From contig JAIORA010000042.1 of NCBI GenBank assembly GCA_021108375.1, positions 73,046 through 137,045 on the forward strand: a stretch of DNA of 64,000 nucleotides, read 5' to 3'. Positions within the stretch are counted from its first letter, which is position 1. Each line of letters opens with the position of its first letter. The stretch comes from Anaerohalosphaeraceae bacterium. GTDB taxonomy: Bacteria; Planctomycetota; Phycisphaerae; Sedimentisphaerales; UBA12454. Below are positions 47,726 to 57,297 of the stretch, one piece after another. Made by a program: the position numbers and the translations under genes. The notes under the pieces were generated by a model that worked only from the letters and a program-made list of their open reading frames with translations, searched no databases and was not told where the DNA came from.

Positions 47726-48213
47726 TGCATTTTCTGTATCCTGTCCCGCAGCTTTGCAGCTGTTTCGTAGTCTTCGCTTTCGATTGCGTCAGCGAGTTGT
47801 TTTTTCAGCCCGGCAATTTCGGTTTCAGCCTCGGACTTCTGAGTAATGTCAACCCCGACTGGCACTTTGCCCTCGTGCTGAGTTTTATCGTTTTGCGCTT
47901 TGCGAATAACCATCTCGATAGCATCGCCAAAGGCTTCGTAATCATCCGGGCAACCCAGAAGAGAAGTTTTGCTGAATTCCTCCATAGTATTGCCGCAACT
48001 TTGACAGACAGAGGCCCGCGATTGGTTCGCTGCGTTCTGGTCGCCTGCGGCCAAAAGCGAACTCAAAAGCTCATTAAGCGAAAGCTGACTCTGTGCGGTT
48101 ACGCCCTGACTGGCAGCACAGTTCTCGCACAGATGTTTTTCGCTCCGATGGCCATTGATTATCTCCGTCAGATGTACCGTTGCCATTGCTGTTTTGCAAA
48201 TTTCACACCGCAT
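47722..48213 (-). CDS. mcsA: McsA-like activator (zinc-finger N-terminus plus UVR domain)
   Basis: CEIC...CENC and CQSCG Cys pairs. C-terminal UVR motif LKKQLADAIESEDYETAAKLRDRI. A 4-nt overlap with mcsB. Confidence 0.85.
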   Translation of the reverse strand: MRCEICKTAMATVHLTEIINGHRSEKHLCENCAASQGVTAQSQLSLNELLSSLLAAGDQNAANQSRASVCQSCGNTMEEFSKTSLLGCPDDYEAFGDAIEMVIRKAQNDKTQHEGKVPVGVDITQKSEAETEIAGLKKQLADAIESEDYETAAKLRDRIQKMQ

Positions 48214-48341
48214 TTTATGCCCTTAAAAACAAAAATTCGTTGCTAAAAAATCCGTCCCTGCCCCCCGCCAATCCGTAACCCCTTTTGGGCCGAGGCCTTA
48301 TTAGAGTATTCGGTTATTTTGACGACCAACTGAACCGATAT

Positions 48342-48722
48342 TCACTCGCTGTAACGCCCTTTGCAGTCGATGGCTTCGGTTACTTCCACATATTCAAGTT
48401 TTTTTTCGCTATCGAACCGTTTTTTAATACTGATAAACAGGTATTTAGCAACATTTTCCGCCGAAGCACTGACATTGTCGAAGTATGGATTATCCTCGAT
48501 TTTACCCGGACCTAACTTGCCAGTTTCCTGGTTTATTATTTCCTTAAGCTCGCTAAAATCTATCGCCAGCCCGTACTTATCCAGTTTTTCCGTCTCGACC
48601 GCTACCGAAACGAGCCAGTTATGGCTGTGCGGAGCCTCCTGCCCATCAGCTAAGGTTAATTGATGGCTTGCCTGAAATTGCGTTTCTACCGTAACTCTAT
48701 ACATTTTTCCCTTTTCACTCAA
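48342..48722 (-). CDS. queD: 6-carboxy-5,6,7,8-tetrahydropterin synthase QueD
   Basis: FQASHQL...HSHNW... PTPS/QueD motifs. The start could instead be the ATG at 48704. Confidence 0.85.
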   Translation of the reverse strand: MSEKGKMYRVTVETQFQASHQLTLADGQEAPHSHNWLVSVAVETEKLDKYGLAIDFSELKEIINQETGKLGPGKIEDNPYFDNVSASAENVAKYLFISIKKRFDSEKKLEYVEVTEAIDCKGRYSE

Positions 48723-48727
48723 ATTTA

Positions 48728-49228
48728 TCAGCTACTATGATTTTCGCAGAGTCGCTGCTTAACTTTTTCATAAACGCTTTCCGGCAGAAGCTCACCGACG
48801 TTGCCGCCGAGTTTGGCTACTTCCCTGATAAGCGTTGAGCTGGTAAAGCCGTACTGCTCGCTGGTCATCACGAATATCGTTTCTATCCCGGCAACGGCGC
48901 GGTTAGTCATCGCCAACTGAAATTCGTAGTGTACATCCGTAAGATTCCGCAAGCCTCTGAGCATCGCTGTCGCGCCTACGCTGGCGGCATACTCAACCGT
49001 CAAACACTCATAACTCTGTACCGAAACTTCCGGCATATCGGCCACCAGTTCTTTAATCATCTCAACACGTTCGGCCTGGGTAAACAGTTCGTCCTTGACC
49101 CCGCTTTTGCCGACAGCGATTATCAGCTCGTCAAAAAGCTTTACGCCCCTTTTGACGACATCGATATGCCCATTCGTTATCGGGTCAAACGAACCCGGAA
49201 ATACCGCTTTTACAAACTTTTTTGCCAT
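48728..49228 (-). CDS. coaD: Phosphopantetheine adenylyltransferase
   Basis: AVFPGSFDPITNGHIDV, ...RGLR..., ISSTLIRE-like SSTLIREV. Trimmed to the ATG at 49228. Confidence 0.93.
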   Translation of the reverse strand: MAKKFVKAVFPGSFDPITNGHIDVVKRGVKLFDELIIAVGKSGVKDELFTQAERVEMIKELVADMPEVSVQSYECLTVEYAASVGATAMLRGLRNLTDVHYEFQLAMTNRAVAGIETIFVMTSEQYGFTSSTLIREVAKLGGNVGELLPESVYEKVKQRLCENHSS

Positions 49229-49317
49229 AACCGCAACTTGCCTTTCAAAATTACTGTCCAACCCTCAGCCAGTAATTATACCACAACCATTCCCTGCGTC
49301 AAAGCCGGTTTTTGCGA

Positions 49318-50196
49318 TTAGAATATAACCGCCGCGTAGCCCACGCTTTCATCGCTGGTCTGGCCAAAACGCTTCTCCATAACCTCGCTGCTGTGCGTAT
49401 GAGCCAAAAGCTGCCCGCTGGTTTTGCCGAGTGCTTTTGCCGCTGCGATTGTCGCCGCAACCGCTCCCGGCCCGCAGGCACTTTGATTCTGAACTGCCGT
49501 TGTAATTATTTCGTCGGTTTTCATTGCTACAACAGCATCGAGAAATCGCTGGTCGTTTACCTGCTTTGCCCATTTGATTGCCTCGGCACCGGCACCTTGC
49601 GGGACAAAGCCATATTGCGGGCCGTAATGGGTTAGGTCAGTTGAGCCGACACAGACGATTTTTTTGTCCGGAAAATTCTTTATGCACTCTGCGGTATCAA
49701 CGCCGAGCCGGATTACAAAATCTGCCGGGACCGTCAGTATCGGAACAATTTTCGCTTTGGGAAAAAGATACTGAATTAGCGGAATCTGCACTTCAATACT
49801 ATGTTCGTACTTGTGCGAATCGGTATCGGATTCTGCGCAAGCTGATTTTTTGATTATCGCCTCGGCCAATTCTTCATCGATTTCTATCTCGCCCAGCGGA
49901 CTCTGCCACGAGCCTTTGTCATAGACCGCAGCGGCGGTACCGTGATAGCGGTGCGTCGCTCCGAAAATTACAAAGGTATCGACATATTTTTCTACCTGTT
50001 CGATAGCGGCAAAAACCATCCCTGCCAAATCGCCGCTAAACGTCCAGCCCGCGTGCGGAACTATGCCGGCAACTATTTTTTCGGGAAGCCTCTGCATAGC
50101 CAACCTGTCGGCAACACAATCGGCGGCCTGAGCCCGGCAATCTTTTGCCGAGCCAGGATAAAACGACCCGGCAACAACTGATTTTCTCACGGCCAT
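49318..50196 (-). CDS. MEMO1-family protein (AmmeMemoRadiSam system protein B)
   Basis: VAGSFYPG...IVPHAGWTFSG...THYGP... motifs. Confidence 0.8.
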   Translation of the reverse strand: MAVRKSVVAGSFYPGSAKDCRAQAADCVADRLAMQRLPEKIVAGIVPHAGWTFSGDLAGMVFAAIEQVEKYVDTFVIFGATHRYHGTAAAVYDKGSWQSPLGEIEIDEELAEAIIKKSACAESDTDSHKYEHSIEVQIPLIQYLFPKAKIVPILTVPADFVIRLGVDTAECIKNFPDKKIVCVGSTDLTHYGPQYGFVPQGAGAEAIKWAKQVNDQRFLDAVVAMKTDEIITTAVQNQSACGPGAVAATIAAAKALGKTSGQLLAHTHSSEVMEKRFGQTSDESVGYAAVIF

Positions 50197-50281
50197 AGCA
50201 AATCTCCGTACTTGCAATCTGATTCATTTAAGATTATATTCCCCGTATGAGATAATTTTAACATTTTTCGGGAATTTTACA

Positions 50282-50779
50282 ATGGCTGATAAAAAAGTTG
50301 CTCTCGTAATGGGTTCTGACAGCGATATGAGCGTTATGCAGAGCTGTATCGACCAACTCAAGGAGTTCGGAATTGCTCCTGTTGTTCGGATAATCTCGGC
50401 CCACAGAACGCCGGAAATCTCCGCTGATTTCGCTAAAAACGCTTCCGCAAACGGCATAAAGACCATTATCGCCGCCGCTGGAATGGCCGCTCACCTGGCA
50501 GGGGCAATGGCTGCGGGAACAACCCTGCCTATTATAGGCGTTCCTCTCGCCGCACCTGGCGGCCCCGCCGGAATCGATGCGTTGTTGAGTACCGTGCAAA
50601 TGCCGCCCGGCGTACCGGTAGCAAGTATGGCGATTGGAAAGGCCGGAGCGAAAAATGCCGCTATTTTCGCTGTGCAGATACTGGCACTAAGCGATGAGAC
50701 CCTTGCCAAAAAACTGAGCGAGTTCAAAGAAACCCAGCGGAAAAAGGTTATCGAAAAAGATAACGCAATCCAGAAATAA
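50282..50779 (+). CDS. purE: 5-(carboxyamino)imidazole ribonucleotide mutase
   Basis: VALVMGSDSD, SAHRTP, AGMAAHLAG, PVIGVP-like PIIGVP. Confidence 0.95.
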   Translation: MADKKVALVMGSDSDMSVMQSCIDQLKEFGIAPVVRIISAHRTPEISADFAKNASANGIKTIIAAAGMAAHLAGAMAAGTTLPIIGVPLAAPGGPAGIDALLSTVQMPPGVPVASMAIGKAGAKNAAIFAVQILALSDETLAKKLSEFKETQRKKVIEKDNAIQK

Positions 50780-50840
50780 TACCAAGTCGTCATCTTTTGC
50801 GATGCACTAAAGAGCGATTTTCCTGTAACCAGCAATATAA

Positions 50841-51003
50841 AGGGGAGCTCTAATAATTGCTTTTGAGCGGCAAGTAGAAAATTTTTGTTCGGCGGCAAGG
50901 AAGACAAATCAGCCTTATCCGTAGATAAGGCGGCTTTTGTCTGACGCAGGCCGCGAGCAAAAAGGTTCGCTTGTCCGCCAAAATGAATTTTTAGAGGTTC
51001 CCT
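50841..51003 (+). mobile_element. 163-bp MITE-like element, copy 1
   Basis: Left end AGGGGAGCTCTAATAATTGCTTTTGAGCGGCAAG. Reverse complement of the right end AGGGAACCTCTAAAAATTCATTTTGGCGGACAAG. Nearly full-length match to 59000-59162. Confidence 0.75.
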
Positions 51004-51038
51004 AAATGTTTCAGCTGCCGAAACTGCCAGTACAAAAA

Positions 51039-52367
51039 TCAAAACACCCTTTTTTCTCTTCTCGGCCGAACCAGAAGATTTATCGGCACCTCGGCAATCG
51101 GCAAAAGTGTACGCAGCCGATTAACGAGAAACCGCCTGTAAGTCTCATCAAACAAATCTGGATTGTTAACGAAAAGAATAATCGTAATTGGACAGGAGGC
51201 AACCTGAGTGGCGTAATAAATTCTCGGGAATTTCGGACCCTTCCTCTTTGCTCCAACTTTTTCGGCAGCTATCAGCTCAATAGCTTTGTTGAGCTTGCCA
51301 GTAGAAATCTTCATACTGGCCTGTTTGAATATCTCCGTTGACAAATCAAGTACCGATTGAATGTTCTTTTCATCTTTGGCAGTTGTAAAAGCGATTGGGC
51401 AATACTTGAGTTCCGGCAAAACCTCGCTGAGATAATCAGAATAATCGTCCGTTGTAGCCTTATCCTTGGCTAAATCCCATTTATTGATTATTAGAACGCA
51501 CGCCTTGTATTCGGTACTAATCAATTTAGCAAGCTTTTTGTCAACCTGCGAAACTGGCAAAGTTGAATCTATCATCAGCAGCACAACGTCAGCTCTGTGG
51601 ATGCTTCGCTCTGCCCGAACAAAGCCGTAAAATTCGATACTGTCATTCATCTTATTTTTCTTCCGCACGCCGGCGGTGTCAATAACGACAAATTCCTGTC
51701 CATCTTTCTGAAAACGAATATCAACCGCATCACGCGTTGTGCCCGGCACCTCGCTGACAATAACTCTGTCGTCGCCGACAATAGCATTGGTGAGCGTACT
51801 CTTGCCGGCATTTCGTTTTCCGACAATGGCAACCTGCATAACTATTTTTTCGGGCTTGTCCTGCGGCAAATGCTCGATTCGTTCGATGATTGCTTCCACA
51901 AGCTCTCGCTGGTTTATATTGTTCGCCGCCGAGATACATAGCGCATCTCCAAATCCGAGACGTGCGAATTCTCCAGCAGAGGGGAATATCTTGGCGTGGT
52001 CAGCTTTGTTGGCAACCATCATAACATTGAGGTCATCTTTGCGGAGCATTTGCGCAATTTTTTTATCGAGCGGAGTTATGCCGTCGCGAATGTCAACGAT
52101 GAACAGTATCAAGTCGGCACTTCCAATGGCCTGGGCAATTTGGCTCTCAATATGCTCGGTGAGTTCATCGGAATCAACAATACCATACCCGCCGGTATCT
52201 ACCAGCTCGAAGTAGCTGTCGTTATATTCGATTATCACACCAACGCGGTCGCGGGTAACCCCCGCCGTCGGCTCGACAATACTTATCATCGAACCCGCAA
52301 GAGCATTCAAAAGTGAGCTTTTGCCCACGTTCGGTCGACCTATAATCGCTATTTTTGGCAATGCCAT
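51039..52367 (-). CDS. der: Ribosome-associated GTPase Der (EngA)
   Basis: Two tandem G domains (GRPNVGKSS; GKRNAGKST) plus a KH-like C-terminus. Trimmed to the ATG at 52367. Confidence 0.95.
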   Translation of the reverse strand: MALPKIAIIGRPNVGKSSLLNALAGSMISIVEPTAGVTRDRVGVIIEYNDSYFELVDTGGYGIVDSDELTEHIESQIAQAIGSADLILFIVDIRDGITPLDKKIAQMLRKDDLNVMMVANKADHAKIFPSAGEFARLGFGDALCISAANNINQRELVEAIIERIEHLPQDKPEKIVMQVAIVGKRNAGKSTLTNAIVGDDRVIVSEVPGTTRDAVDIRFQKDGQEFVVIDTAGVRKKNKMNDSIEFYGFVRAERSIHRADVVLLMIDSTLPVSQVDKKLAKLISTEYKACVLIINKWDLAKDKATTDDYSDYLSEVLPELKYCPIAFTTAKDEKNIQSVLDLSTEIFKQASMKISTGKLNKAIELIAAEKVGAKRKGPKFPRIYYATQVASCPITIILFVNNPDLFDETYRRFLVNRLRTLLPIAEVPINLLVRPRREKRVF

Positions 52368-52509
52368 CGGGTATTTCCCTTCTATTACTGATATATGATT
52401 AATTTTGACAGGGCATTGTAGCACAAGGGCTGCCGCTTTTAAACGATTTAATCAAAAGAGCTTAGAACCTGACACTTGAAAAGCCGCTCTTTTCTGGTAT
52501 TATGCGACA

Positions 52510-52989
52510 ATGGCTAAGGATTCAGACAAAAAACAGGCTCAGGTACCCAGAATGGTCAACAAAAAGGCCTTTTTCGATTACGAAATCGTTGAAAAGGTCG
52601 AGGCAGGCCTGGTACTCAAAGGCAGCGAGGTAAAATCTCTCCGTCTTGGCGGAGCAGACTTAGCTGGCTCGTTCGCGAGAATACTCGACAAGGAATGCTG
52701 GCTCATCGGCTGCAGCATCGCACCATATGCACAGGCAACAATCGTAAAGCACGAACCACTGAGAAAAAGGAAACTGCTGCTGCACAAAACACAAATCAAA
52801 AAAATCACAACCAAACTCCAGCAAAGAGGCTTTACATTAGTGCCGCTTCGGGTATTCTTTAACGATAGAGGCCTGGCAAAAATCGAGCTTGGAATCGCCA
52901 GAGGAAAAAGAAAATACGACAAGCGCGCCAAACTCGAAACACATCAACAAAAAGCCGATGTCGCACGAGATACCAGAAAATATAAATAG
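52510..52989 (+). CDS. smpB: SsrA-binding protein SmpB
   Basis: NKKAFFDYEI...GLVL.GSEVKSLR...KRKLLLHK... canonical SmpB. Confidence 0.95.
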   Translation: MAKDSDKKQAQVPRMVNKKAFFDYEIVEKVEAGLVLKGSEVKSLRLGGADLAGSFARILDKECWLIGCSIAPYAQATIVKHEPLRKRKLLLHKTQIKKITTKLQQRGFTLVPLRVFFNDRGLAKIELGIARGKRKYDKRAKLETHQQKADVARDTRKYK

Positions 52990-53013
52990 GACTAATAATT
53001 GAAAGAGGAAAAA

Positions 53014-53391
53014 ATGGCTGAAGACAAAAAAATTATCGTTGACGAAGACTGGAAACAAAAAGCTCAAAAAGAGAAAGAAACGCTGAAAGAAAAAGAGGAA
53101 GAACAAGGCAAAGCTGAAACCCCCGCCGAAACTAAAGACGCTCGGAAACTGCCCCAGGGCAACCTCTCATCACTGCTGAGTATGCTCGCCACGCAGGCAA
53201 TGTTCGCTATGGGCCTTATCGGCGAAGAAGGCACAGAACCCAAAAAGGATATGCAACTCGCTAAATTCCAGATTGATATACTCGAATCGCTTGAAGAAAA
53301 AACCAAAGGCAACCTCACCGACGAGGAAGAAAAAATGCTCAAGGATATTCTCAGCCAACTGCGTATGACTTTCGTCAGTATGTCAAAGTAA
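53014..53391 (+). CDS. DUF1844 domain protein
   Basis: K/E-rich N-terminus, then LSSLLSMLATQAMFAMGLIG...KFQIDILESLEEKTKGNL, typical of DUF1844. AAGAGG RBS before the ATG at 53014. Confidence 0.7.
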   Translation: MAEDKKIIVDEDWKQKAQKEKETLKEKEEEQGKAETPAETKDARKLPQGNLSSLLSMLATQAMFAMGLIGEEGTEPKKDMQLAKFQIDILESLEEKTKGNLTDEEEKMLKDILSQLRMTFVSMSK

Positions 53392-53406
53392 ATGCCGGGA
53401 TAATAA

Positions 53407-54216
53407 ATGCCGAATATCCTTGATAAAATTATCGCTGATAAGAAAATCGAAGTCGAAGAGCAAAAACGCTCCGTCAGTATAGATGCGTTAAAGGCTCAAG
53501 TCTCGTCTCTGCCGAAGTGTCGCAACTTTTACAAGGCCGTAACCAAGGCAAACCCGCAAGGCGTAAATGTTATTGCCGAGGTAAAAAAGGCCTCGCCTTC
53601 AGCGGGGCTGATAAGGGCTGATTTCGACCCTGTCAAAATCGCGCAGACATATCAATCCTGCGGAGCCGATGCGATAAGCGTTTTGACCGATGAGAAATAC
53701 TTTCAGGGCAGGCTCGAATATCTAACCGCGGTTAAGCAGGCAGTTGATTTGCCGGTACTGCGAAAGGATTTTATTATTGATGAGTACCAACTCTACCAGG
53801 GGCGCGCTGCTGGTGCCGATGCAATTCTTTTAATAGCCGAAGCGTTCGATTTTACCAGCGGTAAAATTATGGACCTTTTAATAACCGCCGCCGAACTGAG
53901 CCTGACGGTTCTGCTGGAGGTTCACAGTGCCGATTCACTTTTGGCGGTGCGCAGCCTGGCAGGATTCCCACAAGCTGGCTACTGCGTAATAGGAATAAAC
54001 AATCGCAACCTTGCGACGATGGAAGTTGACTTAAACAATACCGCACGGATGGCTGAACTGATTGGAGACAATGGCAAGTTTATATCCGAAAGCGGCATAA
54101 AAACCCGAACTGATGTGGAGAAGGTAATCGCCTGCGGCGCATCGGCTGTACTGATTGGTCAAACACTTTGCGAACACGACGACATAAGTGAAAAATTCGC
54201 TGAGCTTTTCAACTAA
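53407..54216 (+). CDS. trpC: Indole-3-glycerol phosphate synthase
   Basis: ILDKII..K..EV, IAEVKKASPS.G, LRKDFIIDEYQ, IGINNRNL. Confidence 0.93.
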   Translation: MPNILDKIIADKKIEVEEQKRSVSIDALKAQVSSLPKCRNFYKAVTKANPQGVNVIAEVKKASPSAGLIRADFDPVKIAQTYQSCGADAISVLTDEKYFQGRLEYLTAVKQAVDLPVLRKDFIIDEYQLYQGRAAGADAILLIAEAFDFTSGKIMDLLITAAELSLTVLLEVHSADSLLAVRSLAGFPQAGYCVIGINNRNLATMEVDLNNTARMAELIGDNGKFISESGIKTRTDVEKVIACGASAVLIGQTLCEHDDISEKFAELFN

Positions 54217-55106
54217 TCAATAAAGGTCATCATATAAACTTTATATGCAACCATCATCACAGCACCGGCAACAATATATACAAAATATCTTTTGATTTTA
54301 TCACCGTGCAGTTTCAGCCCGATGTGTGTGCCGACATTTGCCCCGATTAAGCCGCCGATAAGCATACAAACCAAAAGCTCTATCTCGAAATTCCCATTTA
54401 ACATATGACCTGTTCCGCCAACGATTGATGAGACCCATACAATCAGCAGGCTCGTCCCCGCCGCTTTTGTCGGATGCTGGCCAACGAGAAATATCAGAGC
54501 TGGCAGCATTATCACGCCGCCGCCAACGCCCATCAATCCGGTAAGCACTCCGGCAAAACAGCCGAATATCACTATCGGCAGCAACGACATCTTCGGACTC
54601 TCAAGCGAGTCAAAACGAATATAAGGCGGCAGTTTTATCACTGAGAAAAGCCCAATATGAATCTGATAGGGGTCTTTTTTTCGGCAGACATCAAAGAACA
54701 TAAACCCCGCAATCCAGACCAATAGCAAAAAAAACAGGCCCAGCAGAATATATTGAACCGGATTTTGCTCTCTGCCGAAGACTGTCAGCGGAGCCATATC
54801 CTTTAAAAAGCTCATTAAATACAGCCCGGCAAACACTCCGAGGGTTGAGCCGGAAGCAAGGGCAGCTCCGAGTTTGAAATCTATAGTTTTGCTCTTTCGA
54901 CGTTTGAACATTGCCAGCGAGCTACTGGCCACTATCATCATCAGCCCTGTACCCACCGCAATATCGCCGGGTACGCCAAGCAAAATCATCAGCGCCGGAG
55001 TAATCAAAAAGCCTCCGCCAACACCGAATATGCCGGTGAGAGTGCCGACAAATACCGAAATTATTGCCGCAAAAATATATGTCGATATCAAAATTTCCAT
55101 TTTCAA
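54213..55106 (-). CDS. TauE/SafE (TSUP) family anion exporter
   Basis: Two repeated halves with GVGGG motifs (GIFGVGGGFLITP; GLMGVGGGVIMLP). About 8 TM segments. Confidence 0.8.
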   Translation of the reverse strand: MKMEILISTYIFAAIISVFVGTLTGIFGVGGGFLITPALMILLGVPGDIAVGTGLMMIVASSSLAMFKRRKSKTIDFKLGAALASGSTLGVFAGLYLMSFLKDMAPLTVFGREQNPVQYILLGLFFLLLVWIAGFMFFDVCRKKDPYQIHIGLFSVIKLPPYIRFDSLESPKMSLLPIVIFGCFAGVLTGLMGVGGGVIMLPALIFLVGQHPTKAAGTSLLIVWVSSIVGGTGHMLNGNFEIELLVCMLIGGLIGANVGTHIGLKLHGDKIKRYFVYIVAGAVMMVAYKVYMMTFID

Positions 55107-55260
55107 GCCTTAATTAGAGCAGAAACGCCGGTAAATATCACCGTTTTTTTCGCAATAATTCCCTCCGCTAACGCACTTGACAATAATCGGCGAAACTGAT
55201 ATAAGTATGCACCTGATATAAATATACATATATGCGTATTTTCTTCGGACAATAAAATTC

Positions 55261-55345
55261 GGAGGAGTGACCGAGTGGCTTATGGTGGCGGTCTTGAAAA
55301 CCGTTGTGCCGAGAGGTACCAGGGGTTCGAATCCTCTCTCCTCCG
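55261..55345 (+). tRNA. tRNA-Ser (anticodon UGA)
   Basis: Hand-folded cloverleaf. Acceptor GGAGGAG/CTCCTCC. Anticodon loop CTTGAAA. Long variable arm GTGCC-GAGA-GGTAC. T-loop GGTTCGAATCC. Confidence 0.9.
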
Positions 55346-55397
55346 TTTTTTTGGGGACTCTTTTTAGGGGTCTTTTTAGGATTTTCAAAAGTTTTTT

Positions 55398-55471
<74 letters not shown>

Positions 55472-55893
55472 TTTGGTTGTAAACACCGCAGGGACAAGTG
55501 AAACCGCAAGGCCGGGGCCCACCCTTTCCCATCGCCGTTTAGCCCCCTGCAATGCTTGGGGGTTCGTGCTTCCATCTCGTTTATCCCGTTCCCACCACCG
55601 TTTAACCCCCTGCATTGCAGGGGGGGGTCTTGTTGTCATTGCAAGGCCATTAGCCCCTGGGTCTTGTCCCGGGGGTATCTGCATATTTTCTATCCCGTCC
55701 GCATAAGACTCTGTCATTGCGAGGCCTTGCTTTTTATTAAAAATCCATCCCGATTTATCGGGATTCCTTAACTCAAAACTAAAGACTCAAGACTCATAAC
55801 TATTTTTCTGTCATACCCGCGAAAGCGGGTATCCATTTTTTTACTTTTTTTAAAATCCGTGTTTAAATAATTTGTGTTTATTCGCACTTGATA
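55472..55893. repeat. Intergenic hairpin-module block
   Basis: TTAGCCCCCTGCAATGCTTGGGGGTT, TAACCCCCTGCATTGCAGGGGGG and TTAGCCCCTGGGTCTTGTCCCGGGGGT hairpins. ATCCCGATTTATCGGGAT. CTCAAAACT microsatellite (~55768-55801). ACCCGCGAAAGCGGGT. Confidence 0.85.
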
Positions 55894-57237
55894 TTACAGA
55901 TTCTTTGCAATAACTTCAGCGGCTTTTATTAGCGGGTACGCTGTCGGCGGCCCTGTAAGCAACGGATGTGTTCCAATCTGTGCGGTCAGAATGGAATTTA
56001 TACTCATTCGATTCTGAATAATAATCCCGATTAGATTTGTAAGCTCTCCCACACTCAGGCCACCAGCCACCTCGCCTCCAAGAACCACGCCTGACTCTTT
56101 GGCAACAATTAATTTCATAAACTGTTTATGTGTATCCGACAAAGCTCCGGGGTGTTTGTCAACACCTTCAAAGCTGCCTGTTACAACATCAAAGCCTTCT
56201 TTTTTCGCGGTTTCTTCAGTTAATCCCGCTGCTCCGAAACCCGTTCCGCCAATAGCAGTCGAAAAGATAGCTATTGTCCCGCTTAGTACTTTGAGTGTCG
56301 AAAGTTTATATAAATTCATACCTGCCACTCTTGCCTCAGCACAAGCGGTAGAAGCAAGCATAACGCCGCTGTGTTTTCTGGTAATAAAATCACGCTTTTC
56401 AGCACAGTCGCCAACAGCAAAAATGTCGGAGTTTTCGGTTCTCATATACTCATCAACTGCAACAAAACCTTTGTCAGTGATATTCAGGCCGGCTTCTTTT
56501 GCCAGCACAGTATTGGGCGTATATCCCATTGACAGGATTACAGCGTCTGCTTCAATTGTTTCCGAATTGTTCAGCAAAACCCCGCTGACCTTACCGTTAC
56601 CGATTATTTCCTTAACACCACTGCTGGTTTTGAGATGAACTCCTCTTTCCTGAAGCAGCCCTTCCGCTATAGTCGCAAATTCTTTATCAAAAGCAAGACC
56701 CAGGATGTTTGGCAATATCTCAACCAAAGTTACATCTTTATCTCGCTTGTTCAACTCATCGGAAATCTCAACACCTATAAATCCCGCGCCAACAGTTATA
56801 ATCTTTTTGAAGCTATTTATCTTATCCAAAACTTTAGATATATACTCTTTATCTTTAGGAATAACAAAAACATTATCAAGGTCGGCACCTTTGAGCCATT
56901 TAGGAACGGAAGGAGATGACCCTGTCGCAAGAACCAATTTTTCAAAACTGATTGTTGTACCGTCTTTAAGCAGACAGGTTTTTTCACTTTGATTAATTTC
57001 AACAGCCTGGCCAACCATTAAATCCACACCAGCCTTAGACAGTCCCGCATCTGGTATGATATTTTTTTCGATGCTGTCCAGAGAGCCGAATATGTATGGA
57101 ATCCCACACGGAACCAAAACCTGTTCTTCTTTGCGAATCAGCAGAACACTTTTTTTGGGATAATTACTTTTTGCCGTTATCGCCGTAACAATACCTGCCG
57201 CACTTCCGCCAATTACTAATACATCTGTCTTTTTCAT
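55894..57237 (-). CDS. FAD-dependent pyridine nucleotide-disulfide oxidoreductase (NADH oxidase / CoA-disulfide reductase family)
   Basis: VLVIGGSAAG (FAD GxGxxG). Candidate redox Cys in VLVPCGIPY. Second Rossmann ITVGAGFIGVE. AVGDC motif. Trimmed to the ATG at 57237. Confidence 0.85.
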   Translation of the reverse strand: MKKTDVLVIGGSAAGIVTAITAKSNYPKKSVLLIRKEEQVLVPCGIPYIFGSLDSIEKNIIPDAGLSKAGVDLMVGQAVEINQSEKTCLLKDGTTISFEKLVLATGSSPSVPKWLKGADLDNVFVIPKDKEYISKVLDKINSFKKIITVGAGFIGVEISDELNKRDKDVTLVEILPNILGLAFDKEFATIAEGLLQERGVHLKTSSGVKEIIGNGKVSGVLLNNSETIEADAVILSMGYTPNTVLAKEAGLNITDKGFVAVDEYMRTENSDIFAVGDCAEKRDFITRKHSGVMLASTACAEARVAGMNLYKLSTLKVLSGTIAIFSTAIGGTGFGAAGLTEETAKKEGFDVVTGSFEGVDKHPGALSDTHKQFMKLIVAKESGVVLGGEVAGGLSVGELTNLIGIIIQNRMSINSILTAQIGTHPLLTGPPTAYPLIKAAEVIAKNL

Positions 57238-57297
57238 AATATCTGTTTTCCTTAAATTTGTTAACGGTACAATTCTGCTAAAACTAGCATTATACAT

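Noticed and set aside
49318-50196. The MEMO1-family gene (AmmeMemoRadiSam protein B) as part of a three-gene AmmeMemoRadiSam system.
   Set aside because: The AMMECR1-like and radical-SAM partners are not adjacent. Its neighbours are coaD and purE, so nothing in this window supports a system-level observation.
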